Below, piece after piece: positions 19,275 to 26,962 of a stretch of 54,395 nucleotides of DNA (positions within the stretch are counted from its first letter, which is position 1; the number at the start of each line of letters is the position of its first letter). A model generated the notes under the pieces. The model was not told the origin of the DNA. It did not search any database and worked only from the letters and a program-made list of their open reading frames with translations. The stretch is taken from positions 1 through 54,395 of the forward strand of contig DATHDD010000150.1 of NCBI GenBank assembly GCA_035319205.1, in the 5' to 3' direction. This DNA is from Burkholderiales bacterium. GTDB lineage: Bacteria > Pseudomonadota > Gammaproteobacteria > Burkholderiales > JAHFRG01. Made by a program: the position numbers and the translations under genes.

Positions 19275-19731
19275 TGGAATAATTTACGAGAAACGGCTCC
19301 GTGGAGCTTGGGTTGAGACCGTATATGGAGCGGTCACGCCCCTGGTTCTTCAGTACAACCACCGGCGTTTCGTGTGCGCTGAACAGGCGAAATATACCTG
19401 CCGCGTGCTGCTGGGTATCGTTCAGCACGACGAACGGATATTCGCTTTCCGCGGGAGAGTACAGCCCCAGCACCAGACGGTTTCTTCCAGCGCTATCGTA
19501 GAAGAAGAGCGCGGGACCTCCGTCCCCCGACATCGCTAGTTCTGCGCGCAGTTTGCCGCCTGCGTCGATCAGCTGGATCCTGTCCGCAGAGACTATGTGC
19601 TGCTCAAGCGTAGAAGCTACCAATCTTGGCGGCGGCAAAGCGCTGCCGCGGTCCAAATGTCCCAGGACATAAGCGCCCAAAAGTCCCCCGAAAAACCCGG
19701 CCAGCATCCCTGCAAGATAAGTATTTTTCAT
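19237..19731 (-). CDS. Hypothetical exported or anchored protein (164 aa)
   Basis: Internal ATG at 19731 followed by the hydrophobic N-terminus YLAGMLAGFFGGLLGAYVLG. The 3' end overlaps the next gene by 38 nt. Confidence 0.5.
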   Translation of the reverse strand: MKNTYLAGMLAGFFGGLLGAYVLGHLDRGSALPPPRLVASTLEQHIVSADRIQLIDAGGKLRAELAMSGDGGPALFFYDSAGRNRLVLGLYSPAESEYPFVVLNDTQQHAAGIFRLFSAHETPVVVLKNQGRDRSIYGLNPSSTEPFLVNYSNDGKKSEVFGNF

Positions 19732-19945
19732 GGTATATAAGCCCTTCAAGTAACAGTAGTGGTTCGTTGATGCAGTGATAGAACGATACAGTAATCCCGC
19801 ACCTAGTCTTGAATCCCAGTTGTCAGCGGTTGCCACATGATGGCTATTGATCTCTACCTGGGTTACGTCAACTTAGCTCAGTTTGCAAATTTGGTCCAAT
19901 CACAGCAGTATATTGCCCAACCTTGTTTGGATGCAGTTCAGAAGA

Positions 19946-20779
19946 ATGAATAAATCCCCAATCTGGCGTGCTGTGGTTTGGCTTGCACTGTTTTGCTTTA
20001 ATCCCGTACATGCCGCAACCACAGCTGGTGTAATCGAGCTCGTCGAAGGCGATGTCAAAATCACCCGCGGCAGCAATGTGGATTTGGTGCCTATTGTCGG
20101 CGATTCGCTTGAGGAAGGCGATACCATCGCAACCGGCGCCGAAGGCGAACTTCAAGTCGGCATGCAGGATGGCGGCTTCATCGCGGTGCGCCCCAATACC
20201 AGCATGAAAATCGAAGCCTACCGCGCCGAGGGCGATGCCAACGACAAAAGCATCCTGTCGCTGTTTAAGGGTACTTTCCGCTCGATTACAGGCTGGATCG
20301 GCAAATATTCGCGCAAGAACTACCAAATCAAGACGCCCACCGCAACCATCGGCATCCGCGGCACCGACCATGAGCCACTCTACATCCCTGAAAATGCCAT
20401 CCGGCCGGAAGGCGAGCCAGGCTTGTACGAAAAAGTGAACGAAGGAGAAAGTTTCATTCAGAACAAGCAAGGCAAAATTTTCGTCAAACCCAACCAGGCG
20501 GGCTTTGTGCCCTATCACGGCCGCACCGCGCCAAGATTGCTGGCACATATACCGGACTTTTTCCGCGCCACTCACAATGAGCAGCACATCGTGCAGAGGC
20601 GCGAGGTCCTGAAGCAGCAAATTGAGCAACGCCGTTTGGATCGCCGCAAGTCTATTCAGCAAAAGCGCGCAGAACAGCGCAAAAAAACGATAGGCGAAAA
20701 ATCGCAGCACCAGAAGCAAATGCGCAATGAACATTTAAAGGAGAAACAGCACGGCAGCCGCGCTGCCAAAGAACGGTAG
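19946..20779 (+). CDS. Secreted FecR-domain protein with a highly charged C-terminal tail
   Basis: Signal peptide MNKSPIWRAVVWLALFCFNPVHA. FecR-type pattern VEGDVKITRG....L..GD.I.TG..GE....M.DGG.I.VRPNTSM.I. A K/R/E/Q-rich tail covers the last ~65 aa. Confidence 0.7.
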   Translation: MNKSPIWRAVVWLALFCFNPVHAATTAGVIELVEGDVKITRGSNVDLVPIVGDSLEEGDTIATGAEGELQVGMQDGGFIAVRPNTSMKIEAYRAEGDANDKSILSLFKGTFRSITGWIGKYSRKNYQIKTPTATIGIRGTDHEPLYIPENAIRPEGEPGLYEKVNEGESFIQNKQGKIFVKPNQAGFVPYHGRTAPRLLAHIPDFFRATHNEQHIVQRREVLKQQIEQRRLDRRKSIQQKRAEQRKKTIGEKSQHQKQMRNEHLKEKQHGSRAAKER

Positions 20780-21016
20780 AAAAGCAGTTGGACGGAAAAA
20801 AGCATCGGAAATCTGAGCCAGGGACAGCGCAATGGCGGGCAATGATTGTTGCCAAAGCATCTGGGGGAGCTTGGACTCAATATCGGTTACCGACTCAAAG
20901 CAGTCATTGCCGCAGACTGGAACTCTCGCAGGAACCTTACCGTGGGTCCCTGAAATTATTGCCTCGCAACCCGCGTGTGTAGGGGAGTACCGCACCAGCC
21001 GGTTGCTCGCAGATCA

Positions 21017-21448
21017 CTACTCTACCCGCAGCCAGATTTGAGTTTGCCCGAACAGGGGAACCCACACATAGCCGTGCACCTTGAGTTTCCTGCCGTCCTC
21101 CTCCAAAACCAGTTTGCATTGGTAGATTTCCCCGGTGTCCGGATTGAGGATGCGGCCCGTGTATTCATTTCCCTGTTTTTGCCGGCCCCATAGGATGGTC
21201 ATACCCAGCAGCGGCTGGTTTTTATTTGCGCCTTCGCATTTTTCGCATCGTGGATTGGGGTCATCGCCTGGTTGGAAAAATATTTTCTCGAATTTTCCCT
21301 CAATTCGGCCTCCAGTTTCGGCTATCCGCAGCAACGCATTGGGCTGTCCGGTGCGCTCGTCAACGATTTTCCACACGCCGGCTGGGCTCTGGCCGGAGCT
21401 TGCCGGCAAGCACGCAAGCAGTGCCAATCCGAATGCAGCGCGTGCCAT
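21017..21448 (-). CDS. DUF2147 domain protein (secreted)
   Basis: Signal peptide MARAAFGLALLACLPASSG. DUF2147 pattern GVWK..DE.TG....L..I......EGK..K........C.KC.G..KN.P..GM.I.WG......Y.G.I..P..G..Y.C....E..G.KL.V.GY. Confidence 0.75.
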   Translation of the reverse strand: MARAAFGLALLACLPASSGQSPAGVWKIVDERTGQPNALLRIAETGGRIEGKFEKIFFQPGDDPNPRCEKCEGANKNQPLLGMTILWGRQKQGNEYTGRILNPDTGEIYQCKLVLEEDGRKLKVHGYVWVPLFGQTQIWLRVE

Positions 21449-22228
21449 GATCGAAACTTGCTCATGCGCATGGATTATCTTCACCAGAATCTCAAGCCGA
21501 ATTTAAATAAAGGCAATTTCAAAAACTGGGGTTATCCTACTGCAAAAATCAAGGCAGTATTCAAAACGCATCAAATATTCCTGCTGCGCCCATGCCGGTA
21601 CACATGGTGATTATGCTGTACTTCTTAATTATGGCTGCGCAACCCGTTGAAGCAACCCATATCACGGTGCGCGGCCGTGCGAGACAATAGCGCTGCTCTC
21701 GTCAGTCTTGCTGTTTTTTGGCAGAACTGTCCGGTGTTGGGGCAATTGACGTCTGCAATCCCCGGATCTTTTGTTCCGGCTGCTTGCGTATAACAAAAGG
21801 ATGTGGATGTCTCCGATGCCTGCGGATCGCACGATTTCGTCTTTGTTGTTTTTTGCCCATGATGACCCCATGCAAAAAATAGAGTTAAGAGAATACTCCA
21901 GGTTCGAATCGCTGTTTTGATCTAGGTCAAGAGCCGTTGATTGCCCGATGCTGATGTGTAAAGCAACCTGGCTTTCGCCCCTCGCAATATGTGAGTGAAA
22001 TATCTGACCAATTGAGCTTCCAAATGTGCAGTAGTTCAGACCCGATTGCCGGTTTGCGTGGGAAGTTCGGTGTCCGCCGACTAACCAAAGCGACCATTGC
22101 AGCTGACTGTTAATCCGGGTTCTTGTATCGAGTTCAGATCAGGATCCACTTAATTTCAGTTTCTGCGCCATCATGACGTTAAAATTTCTCGAGTAATTCT
22201 AATCGAGGCGGCAAGCGAACCCAGCCCA

Positions 22229-22302
22229 TTGACGAAAAAAACCCGCCCTGAAAGCAGGGCGGGTTTTGGATTAAAAGCAGGCTTAAATTACCTGCATGCA
22301 GC
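22229..22302 (-). repeat. Repeat copy 1: last codons of the pilin gene plus its terminator
   Basis: By eye about four-fifths identical to 24236-24304 (TTGACGAAAA..CCCGCCCTGAAA..GGGCG.GTTTT.GATTAAA.GCA.GCTTA.ATTACCTGCA.G.AGC). Confidence 0.7.
22235..22267 (-). terminator. Rho-independent terminator of the pilin gene
   Basis: On the minus strand: CCCGCCCTG-CTTT-CAGGGCGGG followed by TTTTTTT. A T-run on the plus side also makes it potentially bidirectional. Confidence 0.85.
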
Positions 22303-22725
22303 AGGACGATATCTTGTCGCAATTGTGGCAGCTGCGTCTGAACAAATCCAGTTCTTGCCACCATCCAAAGTCTTCAAGAACAAAGTCTTGCCTTGAACCA
22401 AGGTGTTAACCCCGGTGGCTTTCATGGTCGCCGTCAGCGTCAACGGGCCGGAGATACCAGCTCCCACAGTGATGCCAATGCCCGCCACGTATTTGCCGAC
22501 GGTATTGCCCATCACTGAAGATGACGCCAGAGGCCATACGCCCTTGTCGGCATAAAACTCGGCCATCGCGGTTTTGCCGCCGGACAGCAATTCCACCGCT
22601 TCAGTTACTTGCGCGCGTGCTGTGTAGTCTTGATAAGCCGGAATCGCCACCGCGGCCAAAATACCAATAATGGCCACCACGATCATTAACTCAATCAAGG
22701 TAAAGCCTTTTTGTAAAAGTTTCAT
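22288..22725 (-). CDS. pilA: Type IVa major pilin (PilA/PilE family)
   Basis: The second ATG (22725) lies 8 nt from AGGAG. Short leader MKLLQKG then [28 protein letters not shown]-terminal Cys pair (WICS...PAAC). Confidence 0.92.
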   Translation of the reverse strand: MKLLQKGFTLIELMIVVAIIGILAAVAIPAYQDYTARAQVTEAVELLSGGKTAMAEFYADKGVWPLASSSVMGNTVGKYVAGIGITVGAGISGPLTLTATMKATGVNTLVQGKTLFLKTLDGGKNWICSDAAATIATRYRPAACR

Positions 22726-22783
22726 GTGCATAGCTCCTAAAAAATATATTTAATACAAAATTTTGTACTGCAAGCATATAGAA

Positions 22784-22799
22784 AGCAAATTGCATGCCA
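22784..22799 (-). promoter_or_regulatory. Sigma-54 (-24/-12) promoter of the pilin gene
   Basis: The minus strand reads TGGCATGCAATTTGCT, which is TGGCAT-N5-TTGCT with canonical spacing, ~60 nt upstream of the pilin ATG. The upstream region is AT-rich. Confidence 0.7.
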
Positions 22800-23312
22800 T
22801 TGTCTTATGATAAATAATCATTAAAATCATGAAGATAAAATGTAATAAATTACCTAAACATACAAAGATGCTGTTTTCTGTCCGATTCATCCAAAATTGG
22901 TTCACGAAATTCTTCGCTGTCACGTTACGGCCATTTCACCGTTGTTAAGAAACCCAGTGAGGCTCGAACTTCTCTGGATATGCGATTAATATGACTTCCT
23001 CACATTCTGCTTCTGGCCGGAAGCGGTCATTACCGCTGACTCTTAAACCTGATTCTTAGGTTGAGCCCTGATCGACAAGGTAGCCAGTATCAAAACTGGA
23101 TTCCGCTTCGTGCTCGTTTAATCTGCTCAACTAGCTAACAGTGAGCAATTAAAACGGGTCCCGGCGTTCTTGCCACTCAACCCTGCGTTGGAGTAGCCTA
23201 TATCCCGTATCCGTAGTCCTACGTGTAGCGATTTGCCAGAGGGTACTGGCACAGACAGCTAAACGACCAAGCGACAAACTGGATCAGCATAACGTTCAGT
23301 AGGAGCACATAC

Positions 23313-23501
23313 ATGCAGACACGCAGACAGCAGGACAGGCGCAAGGTGATACAGCGGGGCGTGACCGGGTATGACCGCCGTAAACGCGAACGCCGTCGCG
23401 CGTCGCTGGACGATGCCAGTACGTCTGCAGCAAGGGCGCAGATGGGATCCTCAGAACCGCAAGTAGACGACCTGGACTTTACTAAAGTAAATCGAGAATA
23501 A
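23313..23501 (+). CDS. Candidate 62-aa arginine-rich small protein
   Basis: AGGAG lies 7 nt upstream of the ATG. The N-terminus MQTRRQQDRRKVIQRGVTGYDRRKRERRR is very basic and the C-terminal half is acidic. No family recognised. Confidence 0.4.
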   Translation: MQTRRQQDRRKVIQRGVTGYDRRKRERRRASLDDASTSAARAQMGSSEPQVDDLDFTKVNRE

Positions 23502-23726
23502 GAGCGAAACAATCCAGCTGGTTGTTAATTCGCGTCCTTGGCCCGTGTTCTACCTGAGGAGTCCGGATACGGACGTTCCTGGAATCTGGCGCAGCGTGGT
23601 AGGATTTATTCAGGGTTAAATTTCTTTTGGGGCGAAACCAGCACCTTTCTCGCCCAGGTTAAAATTATCTGTCAACCTGGTTCAAAATGCCGGTCATGCA
23701 ACTCTACCGGCTAAGCTACCCCGGAA

Positions 23727-23852
23727 TTATGCTTCTGATGCTATTAGCGTCAGCGTAGCTGTTAGCATTGCGACACCGACGCCGGCGAGTACAGCCACAA
23801 GCAATATGTGGAGCACCCACAGGGCAATAAACTCATCTGGTCTATCCCACAT
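23727..23852 (-). CDS. Candidate 41-aa hydrophobic peptide (MWDRPDEFIALWVLHILLVAVLAGVGVAMLTATLTLIASEA)
   Basis: AGGAGG lies 7 nt upstream of the ATG. One clear TM helix. Below the ORF-track cutoff. Overlaps, in another frame, the 66-aa track ORF 23762-23962. Confidence 0.4.
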   Translation of the reverse strand: MWDRPDEFIALWVLHILLVAVLAGVGVAMLTATLTLIASEA

Positions 23853-24036
23853 GATTCACCTCCTACGATGCAGATTCCCTGCGTGCCTGTAACATGAGCA
23901 GCAGCCATTACCCGCACCGTTTGTTGACACATCTCCATCGTCTTGTTCATCCTGTTTTTCATTTAACTGCGTCCAGCGTCGTTCGTCTGCGCCCGCTGAG
24001 CTTTATTTATTGATAATGTTTCCTAAAGATAAATAG

Positions 24037-24052
24037 AGCAATTTGCATGCTA
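24037..24052 (-). promoter_or_regulatory. Decayed twin of the pilin sigma-54 promoter (TAGCAT-N5-TTGCT)
   Basis: The minus strand reads TAGCATGCAAATTGCT and shares GCATGCAA.TTGCT with 22784-22799, in the same orientation. The -24 GG is mutated to AG. Confidence 0.2.
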
Positions 24053-24235
24053 GTTTGCTGTGATGAAAAACCTTTATGTTGAATAAGGTATGTGCCTATG
24101 ATCGTAAGATTGGGATAAAACCGGCGATAATAGTCACATGTAGGCGCGTTATGCGCTTCCCTGAAAGTGTGACAAAAACACGCAGAGCCCGGCGGGTCTT
24201 TGCGAGAATCAGCGCGTAAGGGTGGTCCTAGCAGT

Positions 24236-24304
24236 TTGACGAAAACCCGCCCTGAAAACGGGCGTGTTTTAGATTAAAGCACGCTTATATTACCTGCACG
24301 TAGC
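24236..24304 (-). repeat. Repeat copy 2: remnant of a pilin 3' end (..SHTATCR*) with a degraded terminator
   Basis: Homologous to 22229-22302. The in-frame remnant is only ~19 codons before an upstream stop, and the stem is reduced to ~5 bp. Confidence 0.65.
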
Positions 24305-24404
24305 TGTATGACTTCTGGAAATAGCCGGTTCCAGACTATTAAAGAGACTTTAGAATAAACCCGATCAGACCTGTTCTGTCAGATAAAGTCCGGGCTATTA
24401 CAGA

Positions 24405-25229
24405 TTATTCGATTTTGGCTTTGGCTCGCAGGTCGGCCAAATATTTATCGAACTGTTGCTGCTGGAAGCGTTGCTGCAGTTTGGCCTTTACCTCGTCGTA
24501 CTGCGGCACTTTAACGGGTCGCACGTCCTCGAGCCTTATGATGTGCCAGCCGAACTGGGTTTCCACAGGAGCCTGGGTGTACTGGCCTTTCTTGAGTTTG
24601 ACAAGCGCATCTCCAAAAGGCTTTACATAACTTGACGGCAGGTTCCAGCCCAAATCTCCACCCTTGCTTGCGCTGCCCGGATCCTTGGATTTATCAGTTG
24701 CAAGTTTCTCGAATTTTGCGCCTTTTTTCAGTTGCGCAATAATATCTTTCGCATCTGCTTCCTTATCTACCAGGATATGGCGTGCGTGGTATTCTTGCTT
24801 GTTTTCCAATTCCGATTTGATTTTATCGTATTCAGCTTTCAGCATATCTTCGCTTACCGGGTGGGTTTTTATAAAGTCCTGCAGGAATGCCTGCAACAGA
24901 AAATTCTCGCGTACAAAATCCGCTTGCGTGGCCATACCAGGGCTCTTGTCAAAACCACTCTTGACCATTTCTTGATACAGCACTTCGCGGGTAATTAAAT
25001 CTTCACGCAGTTTTTTCCGCAGATCTTCGGAATCCTTGTCCCCCTGCGCGATGCGCTCCTTTAACAGTACATCGAGTTGGGATTGCGGAATAGGTTTGCC
25101 ATTGACTGTCGCGACAACCCCCGGAGTCAGAGGCGCGGCTTTCGGCGCTTCCTGGGCATAACTAGCAGAATAAATTACCAAGCTGAAAGCCACCGAAACC
25201 AGTAGTATTGAAGTTTTGAAGCTCATCAT
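24405..25229 (-). CDS. Periplasmic PpiC/parvulin-type peptidyl-prolyl cis-trans isomerase
   Basis: Signal peptide followed by a parvulin domain (ARHILV....A..I...L..GA.F..LA...S.D.GS...GGDLGW......V..F......L..G......PV.T.FGWHII). Confidence 0.88.
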   Translation of the reverse strand: MMSFKTSILLVSVAFSLVIYSASYAQEAPKAAPLTPGVVATVNGKPIPQSQLDVLLKERIAQGDKDSEDLRKKLREDLITREVLYQEMVKSGFDKSPGMATQADFVRENFLLQAFLQDFIKTHPVSEDMLKAEYDKIKSELENKQEYHARHILVDKEADAKDIIAQLKKGAKFEKLATDKSKDPGSASKGGDLGWNLPSSYVKPFGDALVKLKKGQYTQAPVETQFGWHIIRLEDVRPVKVPQYDEVKAKLQQRFQQQQFDKYLADLRAKAKIE

Positions 25230-25252
25230 AAAATCCTTTGTAGGTGATTGAG

Positions 25253-25513
25253 TTAAAATTCTTCGGGGGTATAGGCTTTGATACTGAGTGCGTGAATTTC
25301 CTTGTGCATCATACCGGATAACGCGGCATACACCATGCGATGGCGAGCCAGGTTGGTTTTTCCGTGAAATTGCCGTGAAACAATGGTCATTTGATAATGT
25401 CCACCATTTTTGGCGCCCTCATGTCCCGCATGCCTGCTGCTCTCATCCACGATTTCTAGTCTTTCAGGTGCGAGAGAGTCAAGCTGCCGCCGTATCTTTT
25501 CTACAATGCTCAT
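25253..25513 (-). CDS. bolA: BolA family protein
   Basis: Internal ATG at 25513. The BolA pattern is present (L.I.DES..HAGH......HY...IVS..F.G....RH..VY). Confidence 0.85.
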   Translation of the reverse strand: MSIVEKIRRQLDSLAPERLEIVDESSRHAGHEGAKNGGHYQMTIVSRQFHGKTNLARHRMVYAALSGMMHKEIHALSIKAYTPEEF

Positions 25514-25556
25514 GCCCTTAACCGAGCCACAGTATATAGGGAAAATCGGCGAATCA

Positions 25557-25859
25557 CTATGTAGGGAAGACTTTTTTGAAAGGTTTGACGGTGATCTTGC
25601 CATAAACGCCGCCAGTGACATAGGGGTCGGAATCAGCCCAGGTTTGCGCTGCTTCCAGAGATGGGAAGTCTGCGACGATCAAGCTGCCGCTGAAGCCGGC
25701 GGGACCGGGATCGGGGCTGTCAATTATGGGGAACGGTCCGGCAAGGATCAAGCGGCCCGCCTGCTGCAGTTCGGTCAGTCTTGCCAGATGCGCGGGGCGC
25801 GTGACCTGCCTTTTAGGCAGGCTGCCTGGAGCATCATCACCGATGATGACGTAGAACAT
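25557..25859 (-). CDS. YciI family protein
   Basis: 100 aa with the YciI-like pattern (R...RP.HL..L......G....AGP). The start overlaps the yciB stop by 1 nt. Confidence 0.8.
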   Translation of the reverse strand: MFYVIIGDDAPGSLPKRQVTRPAHLARLTELQQAGRLILAGPFPIIDSPDPGPAGFSGSLIVADFPSLEAAQTWADSDPYVTGGVYGKITVKPFKKVFPT

Positions 25860-26398
25860 TATTCGATTTCCTTGTCTTCAATATATTTTGCTAGCATCAG
25901 CCCCTGGAGCAGTACAAACACCAGCATCAGCCCGATGCTGCCGAAGAGCTTGAAGTTCACCCAGTTCTCGGTTGAGAAATGGTATGCGACGTAAATATTG
26001 GCACCACCCATCAGCGCCAGGAAAAGCACCCAGCTTAAGTTAAGTTTGCGCCAGACCGCATCGGGCACGGTAATCTGGCTTTGCATCATTGCGCGGATTA
26101 AATTTTTACCGAAAACGATATCTGCGAAAAACAACACAACACCGAACAGCCAATATAAAACGGTGGGCTTCCACTTGATGAAAGTTTCATCGTGCAATAA
26201 CAGCGTAGCACCGCCGAATACAACGATAATCCCCAAACTCGCCCAAAGCATCGGATCCACCTTGCCATGTTTTGTCCACACCCAGCCGACCTGGCAAAAT
26301 GTTGCTGCAATCGCAACTGCTGTGGCGATGTAGATCCCCTGGAACTTGAAAGCGACAAAAAACAGGATGACGGGAAAGAGGTCGAAAAGTAACTTCAT
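25859..26398 (-). CDS. yciB: Intracellular septation protein A (YciB/IspZ)
   Basis: 179 aa. [24 protein letters not shown] is the classic YciB N-terminus. Five TM segments. Confidence 0.88.
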   Translation of the reverse strand: MKLLFDLFPVILFFVAFKFQGIYIATAVAIAATFCQVGWVWTKHGKVDPMLWASLGIIVVFGGATLLLHDETFIKWKPTVLYWLFGVVLFFADIVFGKNLIRAMMQSQITVPDAVWRKLNLSWVLFLALMGGANIYVAYHFSTENWVNFKLFGSIGLMLVFVLLQGLMLAKYIEDKEIE

Positions 26399-26502
26399 CG
26401 GTTACAAAGCAAGCTAGGAAACGCGCTCAATTATGACGCTTTGATTGCGCCTTGTCTATTTGCGCGGTGCTTGCGTTGGGCGGAGCCCAGCAATTCGGAA
26501 GT

Positions 26503-26898
26503 TTATTTTTTCTCAAACTTTAAAGACGCTGAATTGATGCAATAACGCAAGCCGGTCGGTTGTGGGCCATCGGGGAACACGTGGCCGAGATGCGCGTCGC
26601 AGGCACTGCACAGCACTTCAGTGCGGCGCATGAAAAGGCTGTTGTCATTTTCAGTTTTGACATTTTCAGATTGCAGTGGAGCCCAAAAGCTCGGCCAGCC
26701 GGTGCCGGAATCGAACTTGGTGCCTGAGCTGAACAGTTCCTTGCCGCAGCAGGTACAGCGGTAAACGCCTTTTTCCTTGCAATCCCAGTATTCTCCGGTG
26801 AAGGCGGGCTCAGTTCCTTTTTTGCGGGTCACGTGATATTGCATGGGAGTAAGCTCACGCTTCCATTCCTGCTCGGATTTGACAGTTTTGTCTGCCAT
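26503..26898 (-). CDS. msrB: Peptide-methionine (R)-S-oxide reductase MsrB
   Basis: Internal ATG at 26898 after GAGAGGA. The two CxxC pairs ([21 protein letters not shown]) and RYCINS are present. Confidence 0.92.
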   Translation of the reverse strand: MADKTVKSEQEWKRELTPMQYHVTRKKGTEPAFTGEYWDCKEKGVYRCTCCGKELFSSGTKFDSGTGWPSFWAPLQSENVKTENDNSLFMRRTEVLCSACDAHLGHVFPDGPQPTGLRYCINSASLKFEKK

Positions 26899-26962
26899 AG
26901 TGTTGTCCTCTCGTAAAGTGTTGCTTAGTCGTCTCCCGGGTATCAACCTTACGGCTTCATGG

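Noticed and set aside
19868-20734. 288-aa ORF on the minus strand, nearly as long as the gene opposite
   Set aside because: It is exactly antisense to the FecR-domain gene. That gene has a signal peptide and recognisable domain pattern, while the antisense product is low-complexity (Leu/Ala/Phe-rich) with no start signals. It is a shadow ORF.
21895-21915. tRNA T-loop-like string CCAGGTTCGAATCGCTG
   Set aside because: The flanking 5-mers (CCAGG and CGCTG) are not complementary, and I could not draw an acceptor or anticodon arm. At most it is a decayed fragment.
22955-23010. GGCTCGAAC-containing segment with a GTGAGG...CCTCAC pairing that looks like a minus-strand tRNA end
   Set aside because: The paired segment spans only about 47 nt, the T-stem does not pair, and no cloverleaf can be drawn.
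23219-23512. 97-aa minus-strand ORF
   Set aside because: It is antisense to the 62-aa arginine-rich ORF, which has a proper SD. This frame has no SD, and its Ser/Arg/Cys/Leu-rich product looks like the complement of Arg codons.
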